Source: Candidatus Woesearchaeota archaeon
Lineage (GTDB): Archaea; Nanobdellota; Nanobdellia; SCGC-AAA011-G17; PNOQ01
Direction: 5' to 3'
Length of the DNA: 64,000 nucleotides
Assembly (NCBI GenBank): GCA_964471565.1
Contig: CAYYFK010000001.1
Location: 36,692-100,691, forward strand
The notes beneath the pieces were generated by a model. That model was not told where the DNA came from. It did no database searches and saw only the letters and a list, made by a program, of their open reading frames with translations. Shown here one piece after another: positions 10,243-18,451 of this stretch. Every line of letters begins with the position of its first letter. Position 1 is the stretch's first letter. Both the position numbers and the translations under genes were made by a program.

Positions 10243-10998
10243 CTAATACAAATTTAAATTCTTATGTTTCAAAGAAACAGCATAAGTATTTGGATTGATA
10301 GTCATACCATCCCTGGCAGCAATTGTTTGAACATCAGTAATTCTCTGTATTTCTCTAGCTTGATAGATTGGATTTTGCTCCAACATCTTTTGTCCAAAGT
10401 GTGTCAAAATAACTAAATTTGGTTTGACTGCCTGAATAATTTTTACAGCGTCATCAGAACACAAATTACTTTCATCTTTATGCCCCATAGGTTTAAGAAC
10501 GTTCAGAATCAAAATATCGCTTCCTTTTAATTCATCCGTTAGTCCATCAAAATGAGTAGTATCTCCAGAATAGCCAATAACAAATTTATCACAAAATATT
10601 TTAAACCCAATAGCGGTTTCATCTTCATGTTTAGTTTTTAGAGTTCTTACCTCTATATTATTACCAAACTTTACAACATTACTTGCTTCTAAAGCTAAAA
10701 TTTTATCTAGTCTTCCCTTATGTTTTCTAGTAATATAGGACTTTTCGCCCTCTTTTCCCTGAACAAGAGATTTACTTCCGATTAAAATGCCCCGCTTATC
10801 TATTCCGGAGTGAGTCATAGAATCAATAACAACATTGATATCATTACAATGTCCAAGATGGGAGTGGCTACACAACAAAATATTATTGCCCCTCAAAGAA
10901 ATATTATAATCATTAGCTTTAATTAACGCACCTGGGCCAGGGTCTATATGAAACTGGATACCTCTAATTCTTACAATGATTCCTCCAGAGGCCCTCAA
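10243..10998 (-). CDS. Metallo-beta-lactamase-fold hydrolase (start codon uncertain)
   Basis: HSHLGHCN (HxHxDH-like). In-frame upstream codons encode the canonical N-terminal IIFLGTAGG strand with no ATG/GTG/TTG. Confidence 0.6.
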   Translation of the reverse strand: MRASGGIIVRIRGIQFHIDPGPGALIKANDYNISLRGNNILLCSHSHLGHCNDINVVIDSMTHSGIDKRGILIGSKSLVQGKEGEKSYITRKHKGRLDKILALEASNVVKFGNNIEVRTLKTKHEDETAIGFKIFCDKFVIGYSGDTTHFDGLTDELKGSDILILNVLKPMGHKDESNLCSDDAVKIIQAVKPNLVILTHFGQKMLEQNPIYQAREIQRITDVQTIAARDGMTINPNTYAVSLKHKNLNLY

Positions 10999-11169
10999 CT
11001 GCTTATTTATGGCAAATTTACCCCCGGCAGTTCCTAAAAAGATTATTTCATATGGCTCTATTTTAACTCAATTAAGAGAGCTTCTGGTTATTTTTAAAGA
11101 TTTGTAGTTCCTTGTCACCTTGACACGCACGGAGAGATTGTTTATAAGGAATAAAGACATATTAAAGGA

Positions 11170-11940
11170 ATGAAAATTACAAAAGAAGATGTATTGAAAA
11201 CATACAAGTCAGAATTTCATGGTAAAAGGGCCCTGCACCAATACGAACATTGGTTTCCTTTAAGAGCTTCTCCAAGATTAGCAGGAGTGGTTGCCGATTT
11301 AATGGAGGATGGACACTTACAAGATTGGCCAAAGTTAAGATTAGATTATACTTCAAATTCAGAAGAAGAATTAGAAAGGTTCAATCAAGAAATCTATCTG
11401 CTCTTTGGAATAAAAGGAAAGATTAGAGATTGCAAATCAAATAACTATGGTACTAAAAATCTGGGGGTGAATAACAAACCATTATCTAGATTATTAAAAA
11501 TAATTGGAGTTCCAGTAGGCCCAAAAGTATTGACCTCTTTTAAAATACCTAACTGGATAATGGAAAATAAACTCTTATTCTCAAAATTCATAAATAGATT
11601 GATTAGTTGTGAAGGTTGTGTGGATAAAGAAAATAGATACATAGAGATCCAAATGTCTAAATCTATGGGGTTACAAAAGGAAGGTTTAGAATTCTTCAAC
11701 CAAATAAAGCAAGGGTTAGAAAAACACTTTGGAATAATTTCAACAAATCCTTTTCCCGGAGGAAGATACACTAGAAAAGATGGAACAAAAGCAAGAATGA
11801 TTAGATTAAAAATAAAAAGAGCAAAGGCAGTAATATTGTTTAAAGAAAAAATAGGAATAGAAAATCCAGAAAAAAAGAAAAAACTAAGCGAGGTTGCTAA
11901 AAAATTAAAAGAATCTAGTAACATCGAAAGGTTTAAATAA
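11170..11940 (+). CDS. LAGLIDADG-type homing-endonuclease-like protein (free-standing)
   Basis: Two degenerate LAGLIDADG-like motifs about 105 aa apart: LAGVVADLMEDG and INRLISCEGCV. Basic C-terminal tail. Confidence 0.4.
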   Translation: MKITKEDVLKTYKSEFHGKRALHQYEHWFPLRASPRLAGVVADLMEDGHLQDWPKLRLDYTSNSEEELERFNQEIYLLFGIKGKIRDCKSNNYGTKNLGVNNKPLSRLLKIIGVPVGPKVLTSFKIPNWIMENKLLFSKFINRLISCEGCVDKENRYIEIQMSKSMGLQKEGLEFFNQIKQGLEKHFGIISTNPFPGGRYTRKDGTKARMIRLKIKRAKAVILFKEKIGIENPEKKKKLSEVAKKLKESSNIERFK

Positions 11941-11965
11941 CAATTTCTAACAAAGGAAAATTATT

Positions 11966-12042
11966 GGGACGGTAGCTTAATCTGGGAAAGCACTAGACTG
12001 AAGATCTAGGGATTGAGGGTTCAAATCCCTCTCGTCCCACCA
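11966..12042 (+). tRNA. tRNA-Phe (anticodon GAA), CCA encoded
   Basis: Folded by hand: acceptor GGGACGG pairs with TCGTCCC, anticodon stem CTAGA/TCTAG, loop CTGAAGA, T-arm GAGGG-TTCAAAT-CCCTC, 3' ACCA. Confidence 0.85.
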
Positions 12043-12086
12043 TTTTTCAAAATATTTATAATTCAGATTCAACTCCCATTACTAAA

Positions 12087-13769
12087 TTGAGGTGTTTAAA
12101 AAAAGTAAGAGGTGGCCTAGTAGGCATTATAGCTGCCCCTCTAATTTTGGGATCTTGCTCAAAAAATTCTCCAACTTTCATAGAAAATCCTCCAACCGAA
12201 AGCCAAATAGAAATACTAACTTCTAATCAAAATGGAAACTTAACTTTACCAAACGGAAAAATTGTACATTTACAAGAAGAAAGTACCTCAAGCTCAATTC
12301 CTGAACAAGATATAGTTTGTTTTAGCGGGGAAGATTATCAAACCATAATAACAAAAGAAGGCACATACCACCAAGCAATTTTATCTTCAAATAATTCAGA
12401 AACAGATACATTAAAACTTAAAGATTCACAAACATATGATCATGATATAAGGATTATTGAAGATCCCCAAAATTTATTCTTTAATTTTTCAAAAGATATT
12501 CTAGAAGGAAGATTTAACCTAGATAGAACCTCTGAATGCGAAATGTATAAAGGAACAACCTCTGGAGAAGAAGCATTATTGGCATACTCAGTAGCTGAAG
12601 GAATTCTAATGTATGTTGGAGTAGATTGGATAGCCACGATAATTGGAGAGGTATATGAATTAGCTGGAGCTACAGACAATTTAGAATTTAAAGAATTCCT
12701 CCTAGAAAATAACTGGGACTCATATGTGAAAGAAACAATAGTATCCGAACAACCCTTCATATCGACAAAGACTCACTTTAAGTATCCAAGTAACCAACCA
12801 GAATTAACATTGGAAAGTTTAGTAGAAGAAGACAGTGTATCAATACAATTTACTGGTTCTGACAAAGAAATTTATGAAAACCCACTTCACGATACAATAG
12901 AAGATAAAACAATAACATGTAGAGGTCCAACAGAAAATGGAGATTTTAATTACGCCTGGGACTTATATGATTCACAAGACAACTTAATAGATTCAGATTC
13001 AGATCAAACACAAGAGCTAACTTTAACATTTAACTTGCCAGCTGGAAATTACAAACTAAAAACAACATTATATGATGATACATTCTGGAAAGATATCTAT
13101 GATGATTCTGGAACAAACAAAAGTCAACTCGAAACACAGTTTACAGTAGAAGGAGATTTAGAAACATTAATTTTACAACCAGGAATAGAAGATGGGAAAG
13201 ACACATTCATTAGAATAGAAGAAATATGTGATTCAGATTGGAATTGTAATGAATATCACAAGAATGATAATTATGGGCAAGAAGAAACATTAAGAGCATC
13301 AATGAGAACATATAGCGTAAGACATTTTGACAGCACAATAACTCTAATACAATTTAATATTCCAGAGATATCTCAAATAGAAAGCGCAACCTTAGAATTA
13401 TACGGAACAATTACAAAAACAGATTACGAAAACGACTGCGGGGAAGCAAAGATAAGTTGTTATAATATGGAAGGCTTATGGTCAGAAAACACTGCAAATT
13501 TTAATAATTCATTTTATTCAATAGACACATCATACAAAATAGATGAAATAATGATTCCATATAATTCAGATCAGCAACCGCGCTGGATTTCTTTAGATGT
13601 CACAACCCAAGTTCAAAAATGGGTAGATGGAACTAATTCAAATTACGGATTAGCAGTTGCTGGAAGTGGAACAGGTTGTAGTGTGAGTGGCTTAGAAAAC
13701 ATTCCTTCTTCAGAGTATTTAGAAGATTCTACACTAAGACCAAAACTAATAATAAAATATTTGGAATAA
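12087..13769 (+). CDS. Secreted protein with lipobox-like signal (560 aa)
   Basis: MRCLKKVRGGLVGIIAAPLILGSC (L-G-S-C). Asn/Thr-rich. C-terminus ...STLRPKLIIKY. Confidence 0.5.
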   Translation: MRCLKKVRGGLVGIIAAPLILGSCSKNSPTFIENPPTESQIEILTSNQNGNLTLPNGKIVHLQEESTSSSIPEQDIVCFSGEDYQTIITKEGTYHQAILSSNNSETDTLKLKDSQTYDHDIRIIEDPQNLFFNFSKDILEGRFNLDRTSECEMYKGTTSGEEALLAYSVAEGILMYVGVDWIATIIGEVYELAGATDNLEFKEFLLENNWDSYVKETIVSEQPFISTKTHFKYPSNQPELTLESLVEEDSVSIQFTGSDKEIYENPLHDTIEDKTITCRGPTENGDFNYAWDLYDSQDNLIDSDSDQTQELTLTFNLPAGNYKLKTTLYDDTFWKDIYDDSGTNKSQLETQFTVEGDLETLILQPGIEDGKDTFIRIEEICDSDWNCNEYHKNDNYGQEETLRASMRTYSVRHFDSTITLIQFNIPEISQIESATLELYGTITKTDYENDCGEAKISCYNMEGLWSENTANFNNSFYSIDTSYKIDEIMIPYNSDQQPRWISLDVTTQVQKWVDGTNSNYGLAVAGSGTGCSVSGLENIPSSEYLEDSTLRPKLIIKYLE

Positions 13770-13811
13770 AAACCTTTATAAAATTCCCTCTCTCTAAATT
13801 TATTAACAGAG

Positions 13812-14342
13812 GTGATGTTCATGAACAATAAAAAGGGTGCAATTGAAATGTCTATGACTACAATAATAATAGTAGTTATTGGGATTACTCTTCTTAGCCT
13901 AGGTTTAGTCTGGGTAAAAACAATATTTGATAATTTAGGAGATACAACTGTAGATGCATTTGATCAAGTAGATGCAGCAATAGGTGAGCTAGGAACTATA
14001 AATAGTCCACTAACAATTAATCCAGACAAAATAAGAGTTGAACAAAAAGGGGCAAAGAGTGTAGATGTGATAGTCGCTAATTTTGAAAGTGAGGATCTTG
14101 TATTCACAGCGGTAGCTGAGGTAGTTGGAGATAATGAGCAAATAAAATGTTTATTCGTGGACACTCGTGAAGGAGAATCTAAAGAATACACCCTAGAATC
14201 GGGACAACAAGCAAAATTATCTCTAATCGCAGATGATAAAAGTAGCGCTCTAGGATTTGATAATTTTTGTAATGTTCAAATAGAGGGATTGTCTGGAGAT
14301 AATATAGAAACTCTTCAAATAGAAATCGTAATGAAAGAATAA
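13812..14342 (+). CDS. Type IV pilin-like protein (class III signal peptide)
   Basis: NNKKG|AIEMSMTTIIIVVIGITLLSLGLVWV. Same IEMS motif as 59799..60365. Confidence 0.6.
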   Translation: MMFMNNKKGAIEMSMTTIIIVVIGITLLSLGLVWVKTIFDNLGDTTVDAFDQVDAAIGELGTINSPLTINPDKIRVEQKGAKSVDVIVANFESEDLVFTAVAEVVGDNEQIKCLFVDTREGESKEYTLESGQQAKLSLIADDKSSALGFDNFCNVQIEGLSGDNIETLQIEIVMKE

Positions 14343-14344
14343 AC

Positions 14345-14361
14345 TTTTTTTCTTTTTTTCT
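14345..14361 (+). terminator. Oligo-T tract after pilin-like gene
   Basis: ctttttttctttttttc directly after the stop. Archaeal terminators are T-runs. Confidence 0.4.
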
Positions 14362-14400
14362 ATAGAAACCTTTTTAAATAGTTATTTTTCTCCACATGAT

Positions 14401-14811
14401 ATGAAAATAAACGATTTACCACCTGGAAAAATAATTGAAAAAACAGCGGAAGCTCTAAAGAAAATTCCAGAAATAAAGGCCCCAGAATGGTCAAATTTTG
14501 TAAAAACAGGAAGAAGCAAAGAAAGGCCTCCGGCAAATGAAGATTGGTGGTATGCAAGATCTGCTTCAGTTATGAAGAAAATTTCTAAATATGGTCCAAT
14601 TGGAGTAAACAAATTAAAGAAAAAGTATGGTAGCAAAAAAAATAGAGGTCACAAACCAGGAAAAAGATTTGATGCTTCAGGAAATATCATAAGGAAAATA
14701 TTACAACAGCTTGAAAAGGCAGGATTTATAGAGCCTGCATCAAAAGGCGTACACAAAGGAAGGATATTAACAAATAAAGGAAAATCATTTTTAGACAAAT
14801 CATCAAAATAA
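14401..14811 (+). CDS. rps19e: Ribosomal protein S19e
   Basis: PEWSNFVKTGRSKERPP..EDWWYARSASVMKKI...ILQQLEKAGFIE is the S19e signature. Confidence 0.9.
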   Translation: MKINDLPPGKIIEKTAEALKKIPEIKAPEWSNFVKTGRSKERPPANEDWWYARSASVMKKISKYGPIGVNKLKKKYGSKKNRGHKPGKRFDASGNIIRKILQQLEKAGFIEPASKGVHKGRILTNKGKSFLDKSSK

Positions 14812-14812
14812 A

Positions 14813-14986
14813 ATGGCAAGATATAAACCTCTAGGGAAAAAATTACGTTTAGCAAAAAAGGGAAGGCAAACTAGATGGGCCCCTTTTTGGATAGTTCCAA
14901 AAATAGCCGGAGTTGGCAAAAAAATACACCCTTCAGCATTTACTGCTAAGAAAAGAAGTTGGAGAAGGACCAAAACTGGAGAGTAA
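14813..14986 (+). CDS. rpl39e: Ribosomal protein L39e (not in ORF track)
   Basis: MARYKPLGKKLRLAKKGRQTRWAPFWIVPK...KRSWRRTKTGE. 57 aa. Confidence 0.85.
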   Translation: MARYKPLGKKLRLAKKGRQTRWAPFWIVPKIAGVGKKIHPSAFTAKKRSWRRTKTGE

Positions 14987-14988
14987 AG

Positions 14989-15504
14989 ATGGAAAGAGAA
15001 TATATAATCCCCTTAAGAAAAGAATTCTCTAAAGTGCCAAGATATAAAAAATCATCAAAATCAATTAGAGCAATAAAAGCATTTATTTCTAAACACATGA
15101 AAACAGAAAATGTGGTTATTGGAAAATATCTAAATAATGAAATTTGGAAAAACGGTCCAAAAAATCCTCCTTCAAAGGTTTCAGTAAAAGCCGTAAAAAA
15201 AGAGGATAAAGTAAAAGTAGAATTAATTGGGGCACCAGAGGAACCAGTTAAAGAAGAAAAACCTAAGAAAAAAAGTATAAAAGAAAAATTACAAGAAAAG
15301 GCAGATGAAAAGCCAACTAAAGAAGAACCAAAATTAGAAAAAGTTCCAGAAGCAAAGGAAGAACCTAAAAAAGTAATTAAAGAAAAGCCAAAAAAAGAAA
15401 AAGTTCCAACAGCAAGCGAATTAGCTAAGAAAAAAGAAGATAAAAAGAAAGAAGAGAAAGTAAAAAAAGTTCCAACAACAAAAGAATTAAAAGAAAAAAA
15501 GTAA
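14989..15504 (+). CDS. rpl31e: Ribosomal protein L31e with K/E-rich C-terminal extension
   Basis: MEREYIIPLRKEFSKVPRYKKSSKSIRAIKAFISKHMKTENVVIGKYLNNEIWKNGPKNPP. Start placed at ATG 14989, not the track's 14959. Confidence 0.8.
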   Translation: MEREYIIPLRKEFSKVPRYKKSSKSIRAIKAFISKHMKTENVVIGKYLNNEIWKNGPKNPPSKVSVKAVKKEDKVKVELIGAPEEPVKEEKPKKKSIKEKLQEKADEKPTKEEPKLEKVPEAKEEPKKVIKEKPKKEKVPTASELAKKKEDKKKEEKVKKVPTTKELKEKK

Positions 15505-15536
15505 TCCTTATAAATCTTATATTTTGACTTAATTCT

Positions 15537-16514
15537 ATGAAATTACCATCAGAAAGTATTCCAAAAAAAGTATTAGTAAAGAAAGAAGCTGAAACTAGTC
15601 TAGATTATGGAGCAACTCCAGAAAAAAGGTCATTAAAGGAATCTTTAAACTATGGAATTATAAATATAGACAAGCCAAAGGGACCAACATCACACCAGGT
15701 TGCAGACTATGTAAAAAAAATTCTCAATTTAAAGAAAGTTGGACATTCTGGAACTTTAGATCCTGCAGTAACAGGTTCATTAGTAACTACATTAGGAAAT
15801 GCAACAAAAGTTACTCAAGTTTTACTAAAAGGCGGAAAAGAGTATTTATGCTTAATGCATTTACATAAACCTGTAGAAAAGAAAAAAATAGAGAAAGTAA
15901 TGGACGAATTCATCGGAGAAATAACCCAACTTCCTCCAGTAAAATCTTCAATAAAAAGGCAAAAAAGAAAGAGAACTATCTATTACATGAAAATACTTGA
16001 AATTGAAGAACAAGATGTATTATTCTACGTAGGAACTCAAGCAGGGACATATATTAGGAAACTGTGCCACGATATCGGTCAGAGACTAGAAGTGGGGGCA
16101 CATATGGCTCAGTTAATAAGAACAAAAGTGGGACCATACAATGAAAAAACCATGCATACATTACATGAATTAAAGGATGCTTATGAATTTTATAAAGAAG
16201 GCAATGAAAAAGAATTAAAAAAAATAATCCTTCCAGTAGAGTCAGCAATTCAACATTTACCAAAAATTTGGATTCTTGACACAACAGTAGACTCATTAAG
16301 CCACGGTGCAGATTTAAACATTCCAGGGATTTCAAAACTAAATGAATTCTCAAGAAATGAACCGGTGGCAATTCTAACTTTAAAAAATGAGCTAGTTTCA
16401 CTAGCAGAATCCGAATTGTCTTCAGAAGCAATAATGAAAAATGAAAAAGGTTTAGCAGCAGTAACAAAAAAAGTTTTTATGAAATCTGGAATTTATCCAA
16501 AAATAGAAAAATGA
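15537..16514 (+). CDS. cbf5: tRNA/rRNA pseudouridine synthase Cbf5 (TruB family)
   Basis: HSGTLDPAVTGSL (catalytic Asp motif). C-terminal PUA-like region. Confidence 0.85.
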   Translation: MKLPSESIPKKVLVKKEAETSLDYGATPEKRSLKESLNYGIINIDKPKGPTSHQVADYVKKILNLKKVGHSGTLDPAVTGSLVTTLGNATKVTQVLLKGGKEYLCLMHLHKPVEKKKIEKVMDEFIGEITQLPPVKSSIKRQKRKRTIYYMKILEIEEQDVLFYVGTQAGTYIRKLCHDIGQRLEVGAHMAQLIRTKVGPYNEKTMHTLHELKDAYEFYKEGNEKELKKIILPVESAIQHLPKIWILDTTVDSLSHGADLNIPGISKLNEFSRNEPVAILTLKNELVSLAESELSSEAIMKNEKGLAAVTKKVFMKSGIYPKIEK

Positions 16515-17488
16515 CCCATCATATAATTAAAGAAGAATCAGAAATTCCTTTAGTCGGAGCAATAGCTTTTGGAATAATAGATAGAGGAACAAATTTACTA
16601 CAAATCAGACCAACATCGGTATGCAACCAAAAATGTCCATTTTGCTCAACCAACGCAAACAACCCAAAAATTCATCCAAACACTTACGAAGTAGAGAAAG
16701 ACTATTTAATAAAAGAACTAAAAAAAGTAATCAAAGAAAAAGAATGTAGTGAAATAGAGGCAAACATAGATTCTGTAGGTGAAATAACTTGCCACCAGAA
16801 AATAATTGAAATAATAAATGAAATTAAAAAAATTAAAGAAGTAACTTTCTTATCCTTACAAACTAACGGATTAACACTAACTAAAGAAAAAATAGACAAA
16901 ATAAAAAATTCTGTAGATAGAATCAACCTATCAATTCACACTTTAGACAAAAAACAGGCTAAAGACTTAGCAGGAAATAATAGCTACGACATTGAAAAAA
17001 TAAAAGAAATAGCTAAATATGCCACAAAAAATAAAATAGAAGTTCTTCTCGCCCCAGTTTGGCTTCCAAAAATAAATGATGAACAGATTCCAAAACTAAT
17101 TGACTTCGCAAAAGAAATCAAAGCCAAAATAGGAATTCAAAAATATGAAGTTTACAAATACTCAAGAAAAATGAAAGGGGCAAAGGCAACAAACTATTGG
17201 AAATTCTACAACGAACTAAAACAGTTAGAGAAAGAAAAACAAATAAAATTAATTCTAAAAAAAGAAGACATGAATATCAAAAAAGTAAAGAGAATTCAAA
17301 CAACAATGGAAATCGGAGAAACACTAAACGCAGAGGTAAAATTGCCTGGTTGGCTACCAAATCAAATGATAACAATAGCAAAAGAGAGATGCATAACAGT
17401 AAATGATTGTAATGAAAAAACAGGAACATTTCTAAAATTAAAAATAACTGACAACAAAAATAACATATATTTAGCAAAGAAAGCATAA
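16511..17488 (+). CDS. Radical SAM domain protein
   Basis: CNQKCPFC (CxxxCxxC). Start overlaps the Cbf5 stop by 4 nt (ATGA). Confidence 0.6.
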   Translation: MTHHIIKEESEIPLVGAIAFGIIDRGTNLLQIRPTSVCNQKCPFCSTNANNPKIHPNTYEVEKDYLIKELKKVIKEKECSEIEANIDSVGEITCHQKIIEIINEIKKIKEVTFLSLQTNGLTLTKEKIDKIKNSVDRINLSIHTLDKKQAKDLAGNNSYDIEKIKEIAKYATKNKIEVLLAPVWLPKINDEQIPKLIDFAKEIKAKIGIQKYEVYKYSRKMKGAKATNYWKFYNELKQLEKEKQIKLILKKEDMNIKKVKRIQTTMEIGETLNAEVKLPGWLPNQMITIAKERCITVNDCNEKTGTFLKLKITDNKNNIYLAKKA

Positions 17489-17551
17489 AATCAATAACTT
17501 TTTAAATAGTTCAAATTAACTAAATATTAAAGCATTGGAGGTGCAAAACAA

Positions 17552-17713
17552 ATGTTAGTAGTAAAATCTAAAATAAAAGAACATTCTGGTGATCTAAATG
17601 TTGCTGGTGACTTCGCAAATGCACTAGACAAAGAAGTTGAAGCAATGGTCCAAAAAGCTTGTGGACGAGCAAAAGCAAACGGAAGAAAAACATTACAAGC
17701 TAGAGACCTTTAA
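17552..17713 (+). CDS. Short histone-fold protein (53 aa; not in ORF track)
   Basis: MLVVKSKIKEHSGDLNVAGDFANALDKEVEAMVQKACGRAKANGRKTLQARDL. Like archaeal histone alpha2-L2-alpha3 (AKHAGRKTIKAEDI). GGAGGTG RBS 7 nt upstream. Confidence 0.45.
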   Translation: MLVVKSKIKEHSGDLNVAGDFANALDKEVEAMVQKACGRAKANGRKTLQARDL

Positions 17714-17735
17714 TTTCTTTTTCTTTTTTTTATTT
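17714..17735 (+). terminator. Oligo-T terminator after histone-fold gene
   Basis: tttctttttcttttttttattt directly downstream of the TAA stop. Confidence 0.45.
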
Positions 17736-17791
17736 TAAAATAGTTAAATATATATAGTTAGACTCCTCATTATTAAAAAAGGAGGCAAAAA

Positions 17792-18001
17792 ATGAAAACT
17801 AAAACTCTAATTATCATATTAATAGTAATTGCAGTACTCTTAGCAATCTTTTACGGAATTAAAGAAAATGTGCAAAATTCCCCTCCACGGTTTAAAGATG
17901 CTGCTGGTTCGTGCAGTGGCGGATGTGAAGGAGATAGTGACTGTAATCAACAGTCAGGATGTGCTTGCGTAGGTGGAGAATGTAAAAAGGTCTGGGCATA
18001 G
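17792..18001 (+). CDS. Small secreted Cys-rich peptide (6-Cys module)
   Basis: Signal/TM MKTKTLIIILIVIAVLLAIF, then CSGGCEGDSDCNQQSGCACVGGEC. AGGAGG RBS. Confidence 0.5.
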   Translation: MKTKTLIIILIVIAVLLAIFYGIKENVQNSPPRFKDAAGSCSGGCEGDSDCNQQSGCACVGGECKKVWA

Positions 18002-18011
18002 CTTCTAGAAA

Positions 18012-18419
18012 ATGAGTAAAAGAAAAGGTACTTTGTATGAAAGAGAATTATTTCATATGTTTTGGAATAGTAGTTGGGCTGCAGTAAGATCTGCAGGATC
18101 TGGATCAACCCCATTACCTGCTCCAGATATATTGGCAGGAAATAAAGAAAAATTATTAGCTATAGAATGTAAGGCAATAAAAACCAAATCAAAACATTTC
18201 AAAAAAGAAGAAATAGATCAACTAAAAATTTTCTCAGAAACAATAAATGCATCACCAACAATAGCAATGAGATTCGATAATAAAGGCTGGTTTTTCCTAG
18301 ATGTAAACAATTTAAAAGAAAATAAAAATGGAAACTACACAATAACCTTTAATCTTTGTCAAAAAGAAGGAATTGAGTTTGCCGAACTAATCGGTGATTA
18401 CAAACAAGATAAACTATAA
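18012..18419 (+). CDS. hjc: Holliday junction resolvase Hjc
   Basis: KGTLYERELFHMF...VRSAGSGS...DILAGNKEKLLAIECKAIK (Hjc PD-(D/E)xK core). Confidence 0.85.
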   Translation: MSKRKGTLYERELFHMFWNSSWAAVRSAGSGSTPLPAPDILAGNKEKLLAIECKAIKTKSKHFKKEEIDQLKIFSETINASPTIAMRFDNKGWFFLDVNNLKENKNGNYTITFNLCQKEGIEFAELIGDYKQDKL

Positions 18420-18451
18420 GTTTAAAAATCCGAATCAGCTCCCCAAAGAAA

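Noticed and set aside
11041-11160. Moderately GC-rich intergenic segment with a short palindrome (GTCAccttGAC), considered as a small ncRNA (e.g. C/D box sRNA)
   Set aside because: No C (RUGAUGA) or D (CUGA) boxes at the right spacing, and no extended stable structure. It is more likely a divergent promoter region.
14959-14988. Track start MEKDQNWRVK for L31e
   Set aside because: It overlaps the L39e 3' end. The conserved L31e N-terminus begins at MEREYIIPL (ATG 14989) just after the L39e stop, with a GGAGAG RBS, so I prefer the downstream start.
15230-15504. K/E-rich low-complexity stretch considered as a separate gene or repeat element
   Set aside because: It is in frame with and contiguous to L31e, so I interpret it as a C-terminal charged extension of that protein.
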